This document shows, in pieces, positions 38,789-47,543 of a stretch of DNA of 49,122 bases. The notes beneath the pieces were generated by a model, which was not told the origin of the DNA, ran no database searches, and saw nothing but the letters and a program-made list of their open reading frames with translations. The translations under genes and the position numbers were made by a program. How positions within the stretch are numbered: the first letter of the stretch is position 1; each line of letters starts with the position of its first letter. The stretch is taken from the NCBI GenBank assembly GCA_044375455.1, contig JBILMQ010000001.1, positions 1 through 49,122 on the forward strand. Reading direction: 5' to 3'. Source of the stretch: Caulobacterales bacterium. Lineage in GTDB: Bacteria; Pseudomonadota; Alphaproteobacteria; Caulobacterales; Aquidulcibacteraceae.

Positions 38789-39681
38789 AGCCGGTCTGAG
38801 ACCTCTTTGCGCAGACGTTCAACCATTGTCTGGTTGTGCACCTCATATCCTGCGCCCCCGCCGCCCGGCAGGAATTCGTCGTCTGCCACGGGCAGGTTGA
38901 TCACATGCGCGCCATCCGTGATGAGGCTGACCGAGCGGCGACTGCGCAGTCGGATCTCGGCGCCGTTGATGACCGCTTGAAGCGCTTGGCGCAGCGCTCG
39001 CCGGCCACGCCGGGACGCCCCGGCGAGGCGGGCGAGCAGGGTCTCGGCCTGGGGCTCGTGAATGAGTGCGGGACCGCGCCGGGTCTGCACAGCTGAGAGA
39101 TGACGCAATTCCAGGACGCTAATGACATCCTGGACGATATGCGCCGTGCGAAGATCATAGACAGCCTCTCGCACCACCGCTGAGGTCTCAGTGCACAATA
39201 TGATGCTGAGATGGATCGGACTTGCTCGGGTGACGCCGTCCTGACCTTCGCAGATGTGGATGTCCGCCGGACTGGCGACGCCGAAGGCAACTGGGCCGAC
39301 CAACACGATGGGGCTACCCGCGTCGATGTGCTCACCGGCGGGCAGATGCGACTGTTGCAGCGTGTCGGCGGCGTGGCGCGCAATATCTTCGCCGACCAGT
39401 TGATCGAATGTCTGGTCCGACAGGCGCGGCGCGTTTGCAAGCCAGCGCCGCGTCATCCAGCCGCACAGGCCAAAGCCGCCCAGCAAACCAACAACCGCCA
39501 GGGTCACCGAGACGACTGCTCCAGCGCGCCAAGCCAGCACCAGTGCGATCATGCTGATGAGACTGAGCACCGCGCCGGCCAGCGCCAAACGGCCATGCCA
39601 AGGATCTTTGTAGAGCCGGAAATACGCCTGAAGCTTGCGCAACCGCTTGCCATTCGCCGCCCGTGAGCCAGTCCCCGCCAC
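38743..39681 (-). CDS. Hypothetical membrane protein (two N-terminal TM helices plus a ~220-aa soluble domain); no family recognised
   Basis: GTG start preceded by GGAGGGGGA. TM segments LALAGAVLSLISMIALVLAW and VVSVTLAVVGLLGGFGLCGWM. The 312-aa ORF overlaps the convergent oxidoreductase 3' end by 46 nt. Confidence 0.6.
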   Translation of the reverse strand: MAGTGSRAANGKRLRKLQAYFRLYKDPWHGRLALAGAVLSLISMIALVLAWRAGAVVSVTLAVVGLLGGFGLCGWMTRRWLANAPRLSDQTFDQLVGEDIARHAADTLQQSHLPAGEHIDAGSPIVLVGPVAFGVASPADIHICEGQDGVTRASPIHLSIILCTETSAVVREAVYDLRTAHIVQDVISVLELRHLSAVQTRRGPALIHEPQAETLLARLAGASRRGRRALRQALQAVINGAEIRLRSRRSVSLITDGAHVINLPVADDEFLPGGGGAGYEVHNQTMVERLRKEVSDRLYAARGASAAPAASA

Positions 39682-39730
39682 GCTTCCCCCTCCACAAGAT
39701 GATGTGTTCTAAATCATGCGCCGGGTCTCG

Positions 39731-40609
39731 TCAGCCGCCTGCGTCCGACAACCCGATGGCGCGCCGGGTCGCCTCAAGGACGGCTTCGACGCAGCAGGCG
39801 TTGAGGAAGTGATCGCCGCCCCGAACGCCGATGAACGTCGCGTTGGGCCCGGCCAACTCAGCCAGCTGCTGTCCGGCTGCGTAGGGCACGAAGGTATCTG
39901 CATCGCCATGAAGAACCACGATCGGGATCTCAAGACCTTGGAGCGCCAGCTTGGCTGCAGGCAGTTGCGGCGCCTGCGCGCGCAGTTCGGCGAGGCTGTT
40001 TTTCAGATCGCGTGGCAGCAATGGGCCGGCAACCAATCCTGCCATATCGAGGCGGCGGATCGTCGCGCCGCGATCACCGAAGAAAGCTGACACCAGCACG
40101 AGCGCACGCACCCGGTCGGGATGCTTGCGCGCCATGAGCGCCGCAATGGGGCCGCCATAGGATTGGCCGATCAAGACGATTTTTTGGTCTGGGCGTTGCG
40201 TTTGAAGGAACACGGACAGCGCGTCGGCCTGGGCGGTGATGTCGGTCACTGCTGTCCGTGGCTCGCTGGCCGCGAAGCCGGGGCGATCCGGCGCGAGGAT
40301 CGTCATGTCTTGCGGCGTCGCGGCAAGCAAGGGCGCCCAGTATTGCGACCAGGACGGCGTGCCGGTGATGACGACCGCTTTCCAGGGCGCGTGGTGGTCG
40401 CCGGCCTCCAGGGCTGAAATCCGCCAGCGCGCAGTTCCCCCGGATATCTCGCTGATCCGGGTCATCACCCCATTTGGGTAATCTCTTTCGGTCGGAAATC
40501 GCTTTTGTGCGGTTGCACACGCGCTTGCCAGCACACAGGCCAGACCAACAGCCAAGACAAAGCGGAGCCGGCGCGCCGGAACGTCAGGTCTTTGCGCCGC
40601 GTGTCCCAT
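39731..40609 (-). CDS. Alpha/beta-fold hydrolase, probable lipoprotein
   Basis: Nucleophile elbow LIGQSYGG. Signal/lipobox RRLRFVLAVGLACVLASAC. Catalytic region LHGDADTFVP...GGDHF. The start could be any of three Met codons (40609, 40621, 40636) or the track start at 40669. Confidence 0.78.
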   Translation of the reverse strand: MGHAAQRPDVPARRLRFVLAVGLACVLASACATAQKRFPTERDYPNGVMTRISEISGGTARWRISALEAGDHHAPWKAVVITGTPSWSQYWAPLLAATPQDMTILAPDRPGFAASEPRTAVTDITAQADALSVFLQTQRPDQKIVLIGQSYGGPIAALMARKHPDRVRALVLVSAFFGDRGATIRRLDMAGLVAGPLLPRDLKNSLAELRAQAPQLPAAKLALQGLEIPIVVLHGDADTFVPYAAGQQLAELAGPNATFIGVRGGDHFLNACCVEAVLEATRRAIGLSDAGG

Positions 40610-40714
40610 TGTGTCTGGCATTCTCCCGGTGTGCATGAACGAGGTCCGCCCATGAGGTCGCCCGACCACTTACTTCTGCGCCCGAGCGTGCGACGCGCAG
40701 ACGCCGGCGTTTCG

Positions 40715-41302
40715 TTACGCGCGTCCTGATTGCGTCGAATAGCGCGCCAGGTCGATCCCCAGTTTCGCGATCTGCGCTGGCCACTTGGTGTCGAGGTCAA
40801 AGCCGAACACGGTCTCTGGGTCCGCCTCTGCGACGAACCAAGCGTGGTCTTTCAATTCCTGTTCGAGTTGTCCCCCGCTCCAGCCTGCATAGCCGAGCGC
40901 CAGAGTCGCCCGCAGCGGCGGTTGAATGGAGGCGATGGCGGCCAGCACGTCCTTGGTCGCCGTCAGGCTGACGCCGTCGGCGATGCGGTGGGTCGCGTCC
41001 TTGGCGAAGTAATCATCTGAGTGCAAGACAAACCCGCGCTCCTTTTCGACAGGTCCGCCCCGCAGGATCGGGAGCCTTGGCGCACGGATGGCGTTCTCCA
41101 CGCCCAGCTGGTCCAGCAGATCAGGAAGCACGAGCCCTTTGACCGTCTTGTTGACCACCAATCCCATCGCGTGCTGCCGGTCGTGCGCGCACATGTAGAC
41201 CACGCTCTTTTCAAAGCGTGTGTCGCCGAGCCTCGGCGCGGCGATGAGCAAGCGGCCGGACAAACCATGGCGCATGACCGCGGCCTCCTTCGCGGTGGAC
41301 AC
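40715..41302 (-). CDS. YqgE/AlgH-family protein (UPF0301)
   Basis: LSGRLLIAAPRLGDTRFEKSVVYMCAHDRQHAMGLVVNK and ...GYAGWSGGQLEQELKDHAW are typical of the family. Confidence 0.85.
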   Translation of the reverse strand: MSTAKEAAVMRHGLSGRLLIAAPRLGDTRFEKSVVYMCAHDRQHAMGLVVNKTVKGLVLPDLLDQLGVENAIRAPRLPILRGGPVEKERGFVLHSDDYFAKDATHRIADGVSLTATKDVLAAIASIQPPLRATLALGYAGWSGGQLEQELKDHAWFVAEADPETVFGFDLDTKWPAQIAKLGIDLARYSTQSGRA

Positions 41303-41531
41303 CTCACGGTTTTATCGTCTGCCGGCCCGGGGCTCTTGGCAAGCAACTTTGCTGCACTGCGCGCGACAACGCGCTCCTGCAGCGCCAGCGATCGTCTGGC
41401 TGGCCTGCCAAAGCGTGCTTTCGACAATTCTCCCGTCCGCGATCACCCGGCTCGGCCTGACGGAGCGCCGTCGGGCGGCGTCGCATCTCGGCCGCCGGGC
41501 CGTCGTGGTTGACGCTGCGCCGGGTTGGGCA

Positions 41532-41555
41532 GTCTGTCTGGTCGTCTGTCTGGTC
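41532..41555. repeat. Perfect tandem duplication, 12-bp unit GTCTGTCTGGTC x2
   Basis: Read directly in the yqgE/tatA divergent spacer. Confidence 0.95.
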
Positions 41556-41883
41556 ACGTGTTCTGTGCGGACGAGAAGCCTGTCTGGGGGGGCAGGGTTA
41601 GCGGGACAAAATAGGGTTAGCGCACGAGAATTGTCTGGGTTTCTGTGCGGCCATCGCTGGCGCGCGCGCCGTTTGTTCCCTTTTCGCAACCAAAACCCTA
41701 CCGACGTCGTATGCCTCTGCGCCGGTCGCGGCGCGCTGCGGCGCGCGTGCCGAGCAAGCCCAGCGGCGACAAATTGTGCTTATGTTCTGCGTCCGCACAG
41801 GTGCGCAGTTTGCGCGAAGCGTCGTATACTAAGCGTGGAACATCCCCGGCCGCTATCAGTCCGGCTGCATGGAGCGAACGATC

Positions 41884-42129
41884 ATGGGCATCGGTCTGCG
41901 TGAGATATTGGTGATCCTTCTGATCATCGTCCTGGTGTTCGGGGCCAAACGCATCCCTCAAATTATGGGCGATTTCGCCAAAGGCATCAGAAGTTTCAGG
42001 CAGGGCATGTCGGAAGAGTCCGACACCAAGGCCAGCGACGCCAAAGCTCAGGACGAGCCCCGCAAGTTGCCGGACCACAGCGGCGCAACCGCTGAAGCAG
42101 CCGCTCGCCGCGAGCGCACGGACGCCTGA
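41884..42129 (+). CDS. tatA: Twin-arginine translocase subunit TatA/E
   Basis: MGIGLREILVILLIIVLVFGAKRIPQIMGDFAKGIRSF. The upstream in-frame ATG 41869 is possible but adds an atypical MERTI. Confidence 0.9.
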   Translation: MGIGLREILVILLIIVLVFGAKRIPQIMGDFAKGIRSFRQGMSEESDTKASDAKAQDEPRKLPDHSGATAEAAARRERTDA

Positions 42130-42157
42130 TTGCGCGCAAGCAGCCAGGAGCGCGGCG

Positions 42158-42583
42158 ATGGATTTCGTACCCGGGGTCGGTTTTTGGGAGATCATCCTGA
42201 TTGCAACGATCGCGTTCCTTGTGGTCGGGCCCAAAGACTTGCCGCTGATGATGCGCAAGGCAGGCCGTCTGTTGGCCAAAGTGCGGGCTATGGCGTCGGA
42301 TTTCCGGGCGAGTTTCGACGAAATGGCCCGGCAGGCTGAGTTGGAGGAGCTGCGGCGTGAAGTCGACGCACTGCGCCAGGAAGCCCAGCGCCCGATAATC
42401 CCGCCCTATAGCGATCCGAGCCGGTCCTTCCAGGCGAGAGAGGGCGTTCCATCGGCGGATCAAGGCGTCGCCGACGCGGCGTGCGTCACCATGCCGGAAG
42501 AGCCGGCCGCCGAGCCCCAGCCAGGGCGGCGCGACGGTCTTGAACAGCCTCGCCCGGCTCAGGAAACCGCTGTGCGTCCGTGA
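42158..42583 (+). CDS. tatB: Twin-arginine translocase subunit TatB
   Basis: MDFVPGVGFWEIILIATIAFLVVGPKDLPLMMRKAGRLLAKVR. AGGAG lies upstream of the ATG. Confidence 0.9.
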   Translation: MDFVPGVGFWEIILIATIAFLVVGPKDLPLMMRKAGRLLAKVRAMASDFRASFDEMARQAELEELRREVDALRQEAQRPIIPPYSDPSRSFQAREGVPSADQGVADAACVTMPEEPAAEPQPGRRDGLEQPRPAQETAVRP

Positions 42584-43398
42584 CTGAACACAAGCCTCTT
42601 GATCCTGATGAAGCAGTGATGGAGCAGTCTCGCGCGCCGCTGCTCGACCATCTCTTGGAATTGCGCACCCGCTTGCTGTGGTGCGTCGTGGCTCTGCTGG
42701 CGTCGTTTCTCATCTGCATGGTGGTCGCCAAGCAGATTTTCGGCTTCCTGCTCGCACCGTATCAGGTTGCGGCCGAACGCGTCCTCGGGGCTGAGGCGGC
42801 GCAGAATCTCCAGGCGAATTTTTTCGCGCCTCTGGAATACTTTATCGCGCAAATGAAGGTCGCGATGTTTGGCGGCATAGCTCTGGCGTTTCCGGTCATC
42901 GCCTGGCAGCTTTATCAGTTCATCGCGCCAGGACTGTACAAGCGAGAGAAGGCGGCGGTGATCCCTTTCCTGCTCGCCGGTCCGGTTTTGTTCCTGCTCG
43001 GCTCGGCATTAGTATATTATATCGTAATGCCGCTTTTGATGCAGTTCTCGCTCAGCCAACAGGACGTCTCAGGGCCAGTCAAAATCGCACTTCAACTGCG
43101 CGTTTCAGATTATCTGTCCCTCACAACCACTTTGATGCTTGCGTTCGGGCTGGCCTTTCAGATGCCCATAGTCCTGACCCTCATGGGCCGGGCTGGCATC
43201 ATCAAGGCGAAAATGCTGCGCAGCTTTCGCCGCTATGCGATTGTCCTGATCTTCATCGTCGCAGCAATCGCGACGCCCCCGGACGTGATCAGTCAGACCG
43301 CTCTGGCTCTGCCGTTGCTGCTGCTCTACGAATTGTCGATTTTTGCTGTCGCCGCGGCCGAGAGGCAGGCAGCCCGTGATGAGGCGCCCCAGGGCTAG
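42580..43398 (+). CDS. tatC: Twin-arginine translocase subunit TatC
   Basis: GTG start overlaps the tatB stop. APLLDHLLELRTRLLW..., six predicted TM segments and ...ATPPDVISQ. Confidence 0.92.
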   Translation: MTEHKPLDPDEAVMEQSRAPLLDHLLELRTRLLWCVVALLASFLICMVVAKQIFGFLLAPYQVAAERVLGAEAAQNLQANFFAPLEYFIAQMKVAMFGGIALAFPVIAWQLYQFIAPGLYKREKAAVIPFLLAGPVLFLLGSALVYYIVMPLLMQFSLSQQDVSGPVKIALQLRVSDYLSLTTTLMLAFGLAFQMPIVLTLMGRAGIIKAKMLRSFRRYAIVLIFIVAAIATPPDVISQTALALPLLLLYELSIFAVAAAERQAARDEAPQG

Positions 43399-43923
43399 AA
43401 GCCCCTTTGGGGGAGCCGTCTGATGGTGACAGGCCAGCAGGTCGCCCCGAGGGTCTCGCCCCAGGGGTCACGCGTCGATTCACCCTGGCCTGATACGCTT
43501 TTTTTTTGGTGCTGCCCGGTGCAGCAGGTCTTGCCAAGTCTGCGATGGGGCGACAGGCAGGATAAACGCGCCTTCGCCTTTGGACGCTTCAGGCCGTGCG
43601 CTCGCCGGCGCCGAACCGCGTAAAGCGATGCAAGGCGCCTGTCCAAAATCCCCGCCAGACCCAATCTGGTCGGACGTGGCTTGAATGGCTCCCGCAATTT
43701 TGCCCGATCGCGGAGCGCTTCGAACGGGAGGCTGCAAACTCCCTCGCCTGCGTCAAACTCGCTTCGGCAAGATTTGACTGCGGTTCCATGGGTCAGTGAC
43801 CTTAAGACGGGCGGGGGGCGACGGGATGCTGCAGGCGTCTTTGCACAGCGCTGGTTTGCAAGGTGATGTTGCGGCGGGGGCAAGGCCACGGCTTGGCGGA
43901 GCCCACCTCCGGTGCAAGACTTT

Positions 43924-44035
43924 GGCGCAGATCCCCAGGGGCGCAGATCCCCAGGGGCGCAGATCCCCAGGGGCGCAGATCCCCAGCGGCGCAGATCCCC
44001 AGTGGCGCAGATCCCCAGTGGCGCATGCCCCGACG
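43924..44035. repeat. 16-bp tandem array GGCGCAGATCCCCAG(G/C/T), 6 good copies plus 1 degenerate
   Basis: Counted directly. Copies 1-3 are identical (..CAGG), copy 4 ends ..CAGC, and copies 5-6 end ..CAGT. Copy 7 is degenerate (GGCGCATGCCCCGACG). The related TTGGCGCA word recurs at about 43922, 44042, 44054 and 44079. The array ends 93 bp before ATG 44129. Confidence 0.95.
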
Positions 44036-44128
44036 GACAGTTTGGCGCACATCTTGGCGCAAGCGTCTTGCTGGAAACTTTGGCGCAAGGCTTGCTCCTC
44101 GGTTCGCAACCCTGCTTGGAGCTGACCA

Positions 44129-44959
44129 ATGATTGTTTCATGGCGATACGTTCTTGCCGGCGCCGCGTTATGCGCGGGCGTTGCGCTCACAAACGCTCCC
44201 GCTGAGGCACAGTGCTGTGCGCCGCCGCCTCCAAGCGCCTGCTGCTCAGGGCCTTCGGGACCCAAGGTCTTCGTGCCGGGCGTCAGGATCGGCGGCCCGC
44301 ATATTTCGGTCGGCGGATCACACTTCCAGGGCGGCGACATCTCCGTGACGACCAATATCGCGGTCTCCAACAGTGTGCAGGCGAGTGCTTTCGCCAGCGC
44401 CGCGGCAAGCCAGCAGACTTTTATAGGCGGCGGCGGCGGCTTGTATGCGCCGAGCCCGATGACACCGGGTTTTATCGACAGCTTGAATGTGATCGGGGGA
44501 GAGGCGGAGCGGTCAATCACGCGCACCCGAGAGATTGTGTCCGAGCGCATTATCCAGGCGGTGTGCATTGATGATCGCAACATGCCGCATCCCGCATCCC
44601 GCGTGAGCCCTGATGATGCGGCGCCTGCGACATTCCGAGGCGAACTCTTCCGGTGCATGGCCGGCACTGCAATGCAGGTGACCCTGGGACGCCTGGAGAA
44701 TGGCAAGGCCACCTTTGACGGGGGCGAGACGCTCAGCTGCGCGAAGGGCGAAGCGCTTGTGCACGAGGACGGCCGGCTGATGTGTCGGACACAGCGTCAG
44801 GAAGCCTCCTGCAACGAACGCTCGCTGTTGCGCCGTTACGGCCCCGGTCTGAAGCGCATCACCATGCGCAGTGTCGAAACCTATGAAGAGAAAGTTCAGG
44901 AACGCGCGACGTTGCGCAATATGACAATCGACGGCGGAGTCGGGCAGGGGGTGTTCTGA
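44129..44959 (+). CDS. Hypothetical secreted Cys-rich protein; no family recognised
   Basis: GGAG lies 7 nt upstream of the ATG. Signal peptide MIVSWRYVLAGAALCAGVALTNAPAEA, then QCCAPPPPSACCSGP, a Gly/Ser/Ala-rich segment and a C-terminal domain with five more Cys. 276 aa. Confidence 0.65.
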   Translation: MIVSWRYVLAGAALCAGVALTNAPAEAQCCAPPPPSACCSGPSGPKVFVPGVRIGGPHISVGGSHFQGGDISVTTNIAVSNSVQASAFASAAASQQTFIGGGGGLYAPSPMTPGFIDSLNVIGGEAERSITRTREIVSERIIQAVCIDDRNMPHPASRVSPDDAAPATFRGELFRCMAGTAMQVTLGRLENGKATFDGGETLSCAKGEALVHEDGRLMCRTQRQEASCNERSLLRRYGPGLKRITMRSVETYEEKVQERATLRNMTIDGGVGQGVF

Positions 44960-45305
44960 GGGGCGGTGCTCTCAGGCAGCGCTTTGAGGCAACGCTCCCA
45001 GGCGTCGTACGCCGTCGCTGAGTGAGGCGTGGATCCGCGATCGGGCTGGGGACAACCTCGGTTGCTTCGCTTTGTCAATTGGCCGGGCGGCGTCTGCGGC
45101 CCGGCCCGCAGGCCTCGTGAGCGTGGGCGCGGTTCGGCCTCTGGAAGTGGTCGAAATGTCCCCCTCCTCCGTCGCGCGGCCAGTCGGGCCCATCACCCGG
45201 GCCCCGGCGACGACCATTGCCCAGGGTGGGCGCACTGGGGTCGGCGCCTCGCGCGCGCGCCAGCGGTTTGGTAAGTCCATCTGCACACTCAGTCCGGGAG
45301 CTTGG

Positions 45306-45998
45306 ATGATGGACGCGAATAAGATTATCGGCGCGCTGCAGTCTGATCCGAAGCTGGCGCTGGAGCTTATGCGGGCGCAAGGCGGCGCGATCCTTGAAAG
45401 AATCAAGACGGATCCGGCTGCCCGAAACATGGCGATCGGCCTGGGACTCGGGGCTGTCGGCGGCGTGCTCGCAGGCCAGGCAGGGGCGCGCTTTCTTGGC
45501 GGCGTCGTCAAAGTCGGCGCTGTCGCCGCCCTGGGAGGGCTCGCCTGGCATGCCTGGAAGTCGCACGAGGCCAGACAAGGGCGGGGTGAGGCGCCGTCAC
45601 ACGAGGGGCCCTATGATGCACCGCCCGCGGGCTTTCTGCCGCAGCCCGATGATCCAGAGTTGGGAAAAGCGATCTTGCGCGCGATGATCGCCGCCGCGAA
45701 AGCCGACGGGAACATCGACAGCGAGGAAAAGCGCCGGCTGTTTGACCGGCTCGGCCAGATCGACCTTGGCGAGGACGAACAGAGCTTCCTGTTTGATGAG
45801 TTGACGAAGCCGCTCGACATCGACGCAGTCGCGGCGAGCGCGCGCACCCCAGAGGCGGCCGCTCAGATCTATGCCGCCTCGCTGGTCGCCATAGATCCCG
45901 ACCTGCCGGCCGAGAAAGACTATCTGATCGCGCTGGCAGGCAAACTCAAGCTGCCAGCTGGTTTGGTGCAGGAACTGCACGACGCGGCCAAACGTTGA
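45306..45998 (+). CDS. DUF533 / TerB-like (YebE-type) membrane protein
   Basis: Start moved to MMDANKIIGAL. A Gly-rich TM segment IGLGLGAVGGVLAG, then LRAMIAAAKADGNIDSEEKRRL and ...AAQIYAASLVAIDPD...EKDYL (TerB-like tandem helices). The upstream part of track ORF 45072 has no coding character. Confidence 0.75.
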   Translation: MMDANKIIGALQSDPKLALELMRAQGGAILERIKTDPAARNMAIGLGLGAVGGVLAGQAGARFLGGVVKVGAVAALGGLAWHAWKSHEARQGRGEAPSHEGPYDAPPAGFLPQPDDPELGKAILRAMIAAAKADGNIDSEEKRRLFDRLGQIDLGEDEQSFLFDELTKPLDIDAVAASARTPEAAAQIYAASLVAIDPDLPAEKDYLIALAGKLKLPAGLVQELHDAAKR

Positions 45999-46067
45999 CT
46001 GTGCGGCGGCCGCCTTGCCGGGAGCGTGTGCGTCAGCTAGACGCGCCCGACCTTTGGATGAGTGTGC

Positions 46068-47543
46068 ATGACAGGCGAACCAGCCTCTTTCCGTCCCAAA
46101 CCGCGCTTGCCCCGGGGCTTTGAGGACCGTCTCCCAGCCCAGCTCGCGCTGGAAACGCATATCGTGGCGAAGGCTACGGCGACCTACCACACCTGGGGCT
46201 TCGAGCCGCTTGAGACGCCGGCTTTCGAGTACGCTGACACGCTCGGTAAGTTTCTGCCTGACCAGGACCGCCCCAATGAGGGTGTCTTCGCCCTGCAGGA
46301 CGATGACGGCCAGTGGATGAGCCTGCGCTACGATCTCACTGCGCCTCTCGCGCGCTTCGTGGCCGAGCACCGCCAATCGCTGCCGCGGCCATACCGCCGC
46401 TACGCGGCCGGTCCGGTCTGGCGAAACGAAAAGCCCGGACCCGGTCGGTTTCGCCAGTTCTGGCAGTGCGACGCCGACAGCGTTGGCGCTCCAGGACCTG
46501 CAGCGGATGCTGAAGTCATCGCCATGATGGCCGAGGCTCTTGAGGCGATCGGTCTCGCGCCTGGCGACTATGTCATCAAGCTGTCGGACCGGCGGCTGCT
46601 AGACGGTCTTTTGGATACGCTGGGCCTGGCGCACGATGAAGCCGGACGCCGCGCGCGCATCGCAGTGTTGCGCTCCATCGACAAGATTGATCGTCTTGGG
46701 GCAGACGGTGTTCGGCTGCTTCTCACCACGGGGCGCAAGGACGATTCGGGCGACTTCACGCCCGGCGCCTGTCTCGAACCGGCGATGGCGGATCGTGTTC
46801 TTGCCTTTGTTGCGGGCGGGGCCGGCATAGACGACCTTGAGCGGCTTGCCGCCGGCAGCGCCGCGGGGACTGCCGGCGCATCTTCGCTGCGTCAGATTGC
46901 CGAGATTCTGGCGCGACTGGGCCTGGATGCATCGTCCTGGCGGCTCGACACCAGCGTGGTGCGTGGTTTGGAATACTACACCGGTCCCGTCTTTGAGGCT
47001 GAGACAGTCCTCAACGATGTACAGGGGCGGCGTATCTCATTCGGGTCGGTTGCGAGCGGCGGCCGATATGATGGGTTGGTCGCACGCTTCGGGGGCGAAG
47101 CTGCGCCTGCGACCGGTTGCTCGATCGGCGTGTCACGGCTTGCTGCGGTTTTGCAGGCAGCCGGCCGCGCGCCTGGCGCCGACGCTGGTCCGGTGGTGGT
47201 CTTGGCGCTTCAGGGCGAGCATATGCCTGATTATTTCGCGATGGCGCAGAGCCTGCGCGGCGCAGGATTTCGCGCCGAGGTGTATGTTGGCGGCGCTGGC
47301 ATGAAGGCGCAAATGAAGTATGCGGACAAACGCGGCGCCGCCGTCGCGGTCATTGTCGGGGAGGATGAGCGCGCCAAGGGAGTCGTCACCGTGAAAAATC
47401 TCAGGTTGGGGCAGTATTACGCGGCCCTTGCGGGAGATGCCCGGGACGCGTGGAAGAATGTCCAGGGCCTGATCCAGGTCGAGGCGCCGCGCGACGCGCT
47501 CGTGGAGACTGTCAAAGCAGCCATGTCGGCGCGTGCGCCATGA
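46068..47543 (+). CDS. hisS: Histidine--tRNA ligase
   Basis: PRGFEDRLPAQL..., WGFEPLETPAFEY, LRYDLTAPLARFVA, WRNEKPGPGRFRQFWQCD (motif 2) and GGRYDGL (motif 3), plus an anticodon-binding domain. The ATG is 6 nt downstream of the track GTG. Confidence 0.92.
   Translation: MTGEPASFRPKPRLPRGFEDRLPAQLALETHIVAKATATYHTWGFEPLETPAFEYADTLGKFLPDQDRPNEGVFALQDDDGQWMSLRYDLTAPLARFVAEHRQSLPRPYRRYAAGPVWRNEKPGPGRFRQFWQCDADSVGAPGPAADAEVIAMMAEALEAIGLAPGDYVIKLSDRRLLDGLLDTLGLAHDEAGRRARIAVLRSIDKIDRLGADGVRLLLTTGRKDDSGDFTPGACLEPAMADRVLAFVAGGAGIDDLERLAAGSAAGTAGASSLRQIAEILARLGLDASSWRLDTSVVRGLEYYTGPVFEAETVLNDVQGRRISFGSVASGGRYDGLVARFGGEAAPATGCSIGVSRLAAVLQAAGRAPGADAGPVVVLALQGEHMPDYFAMAQSLRGAGFRAEVYVGGAGMKAQMKYADKRGAAVAVIVGEDERAKGVVTVKNLRLGQYYAALAGDARDAWKNVQGLIQVEAPRDALVETVKAAMSARAP

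Noticed and set aside
43924-44035. Possible CRISPR array
   Set aside because: The repeats are directly abutting 16-mers with no spacers and no cas genes nearby, so this is a plain tandem repeat.
43753-44712. 319-aa minus-strand ORF (and plus-strand ORFs 43796..44205) reading through the 16-bp array as LGICAPGDLRPWGSAP-type periodic peptide
   Set aside because: A 16-bp unit shifts frame at every copy, so the periodic peptide is an artefact. The ORF is also antisense to the SD-preceded, signal-peptide-bearing gene at 44129.
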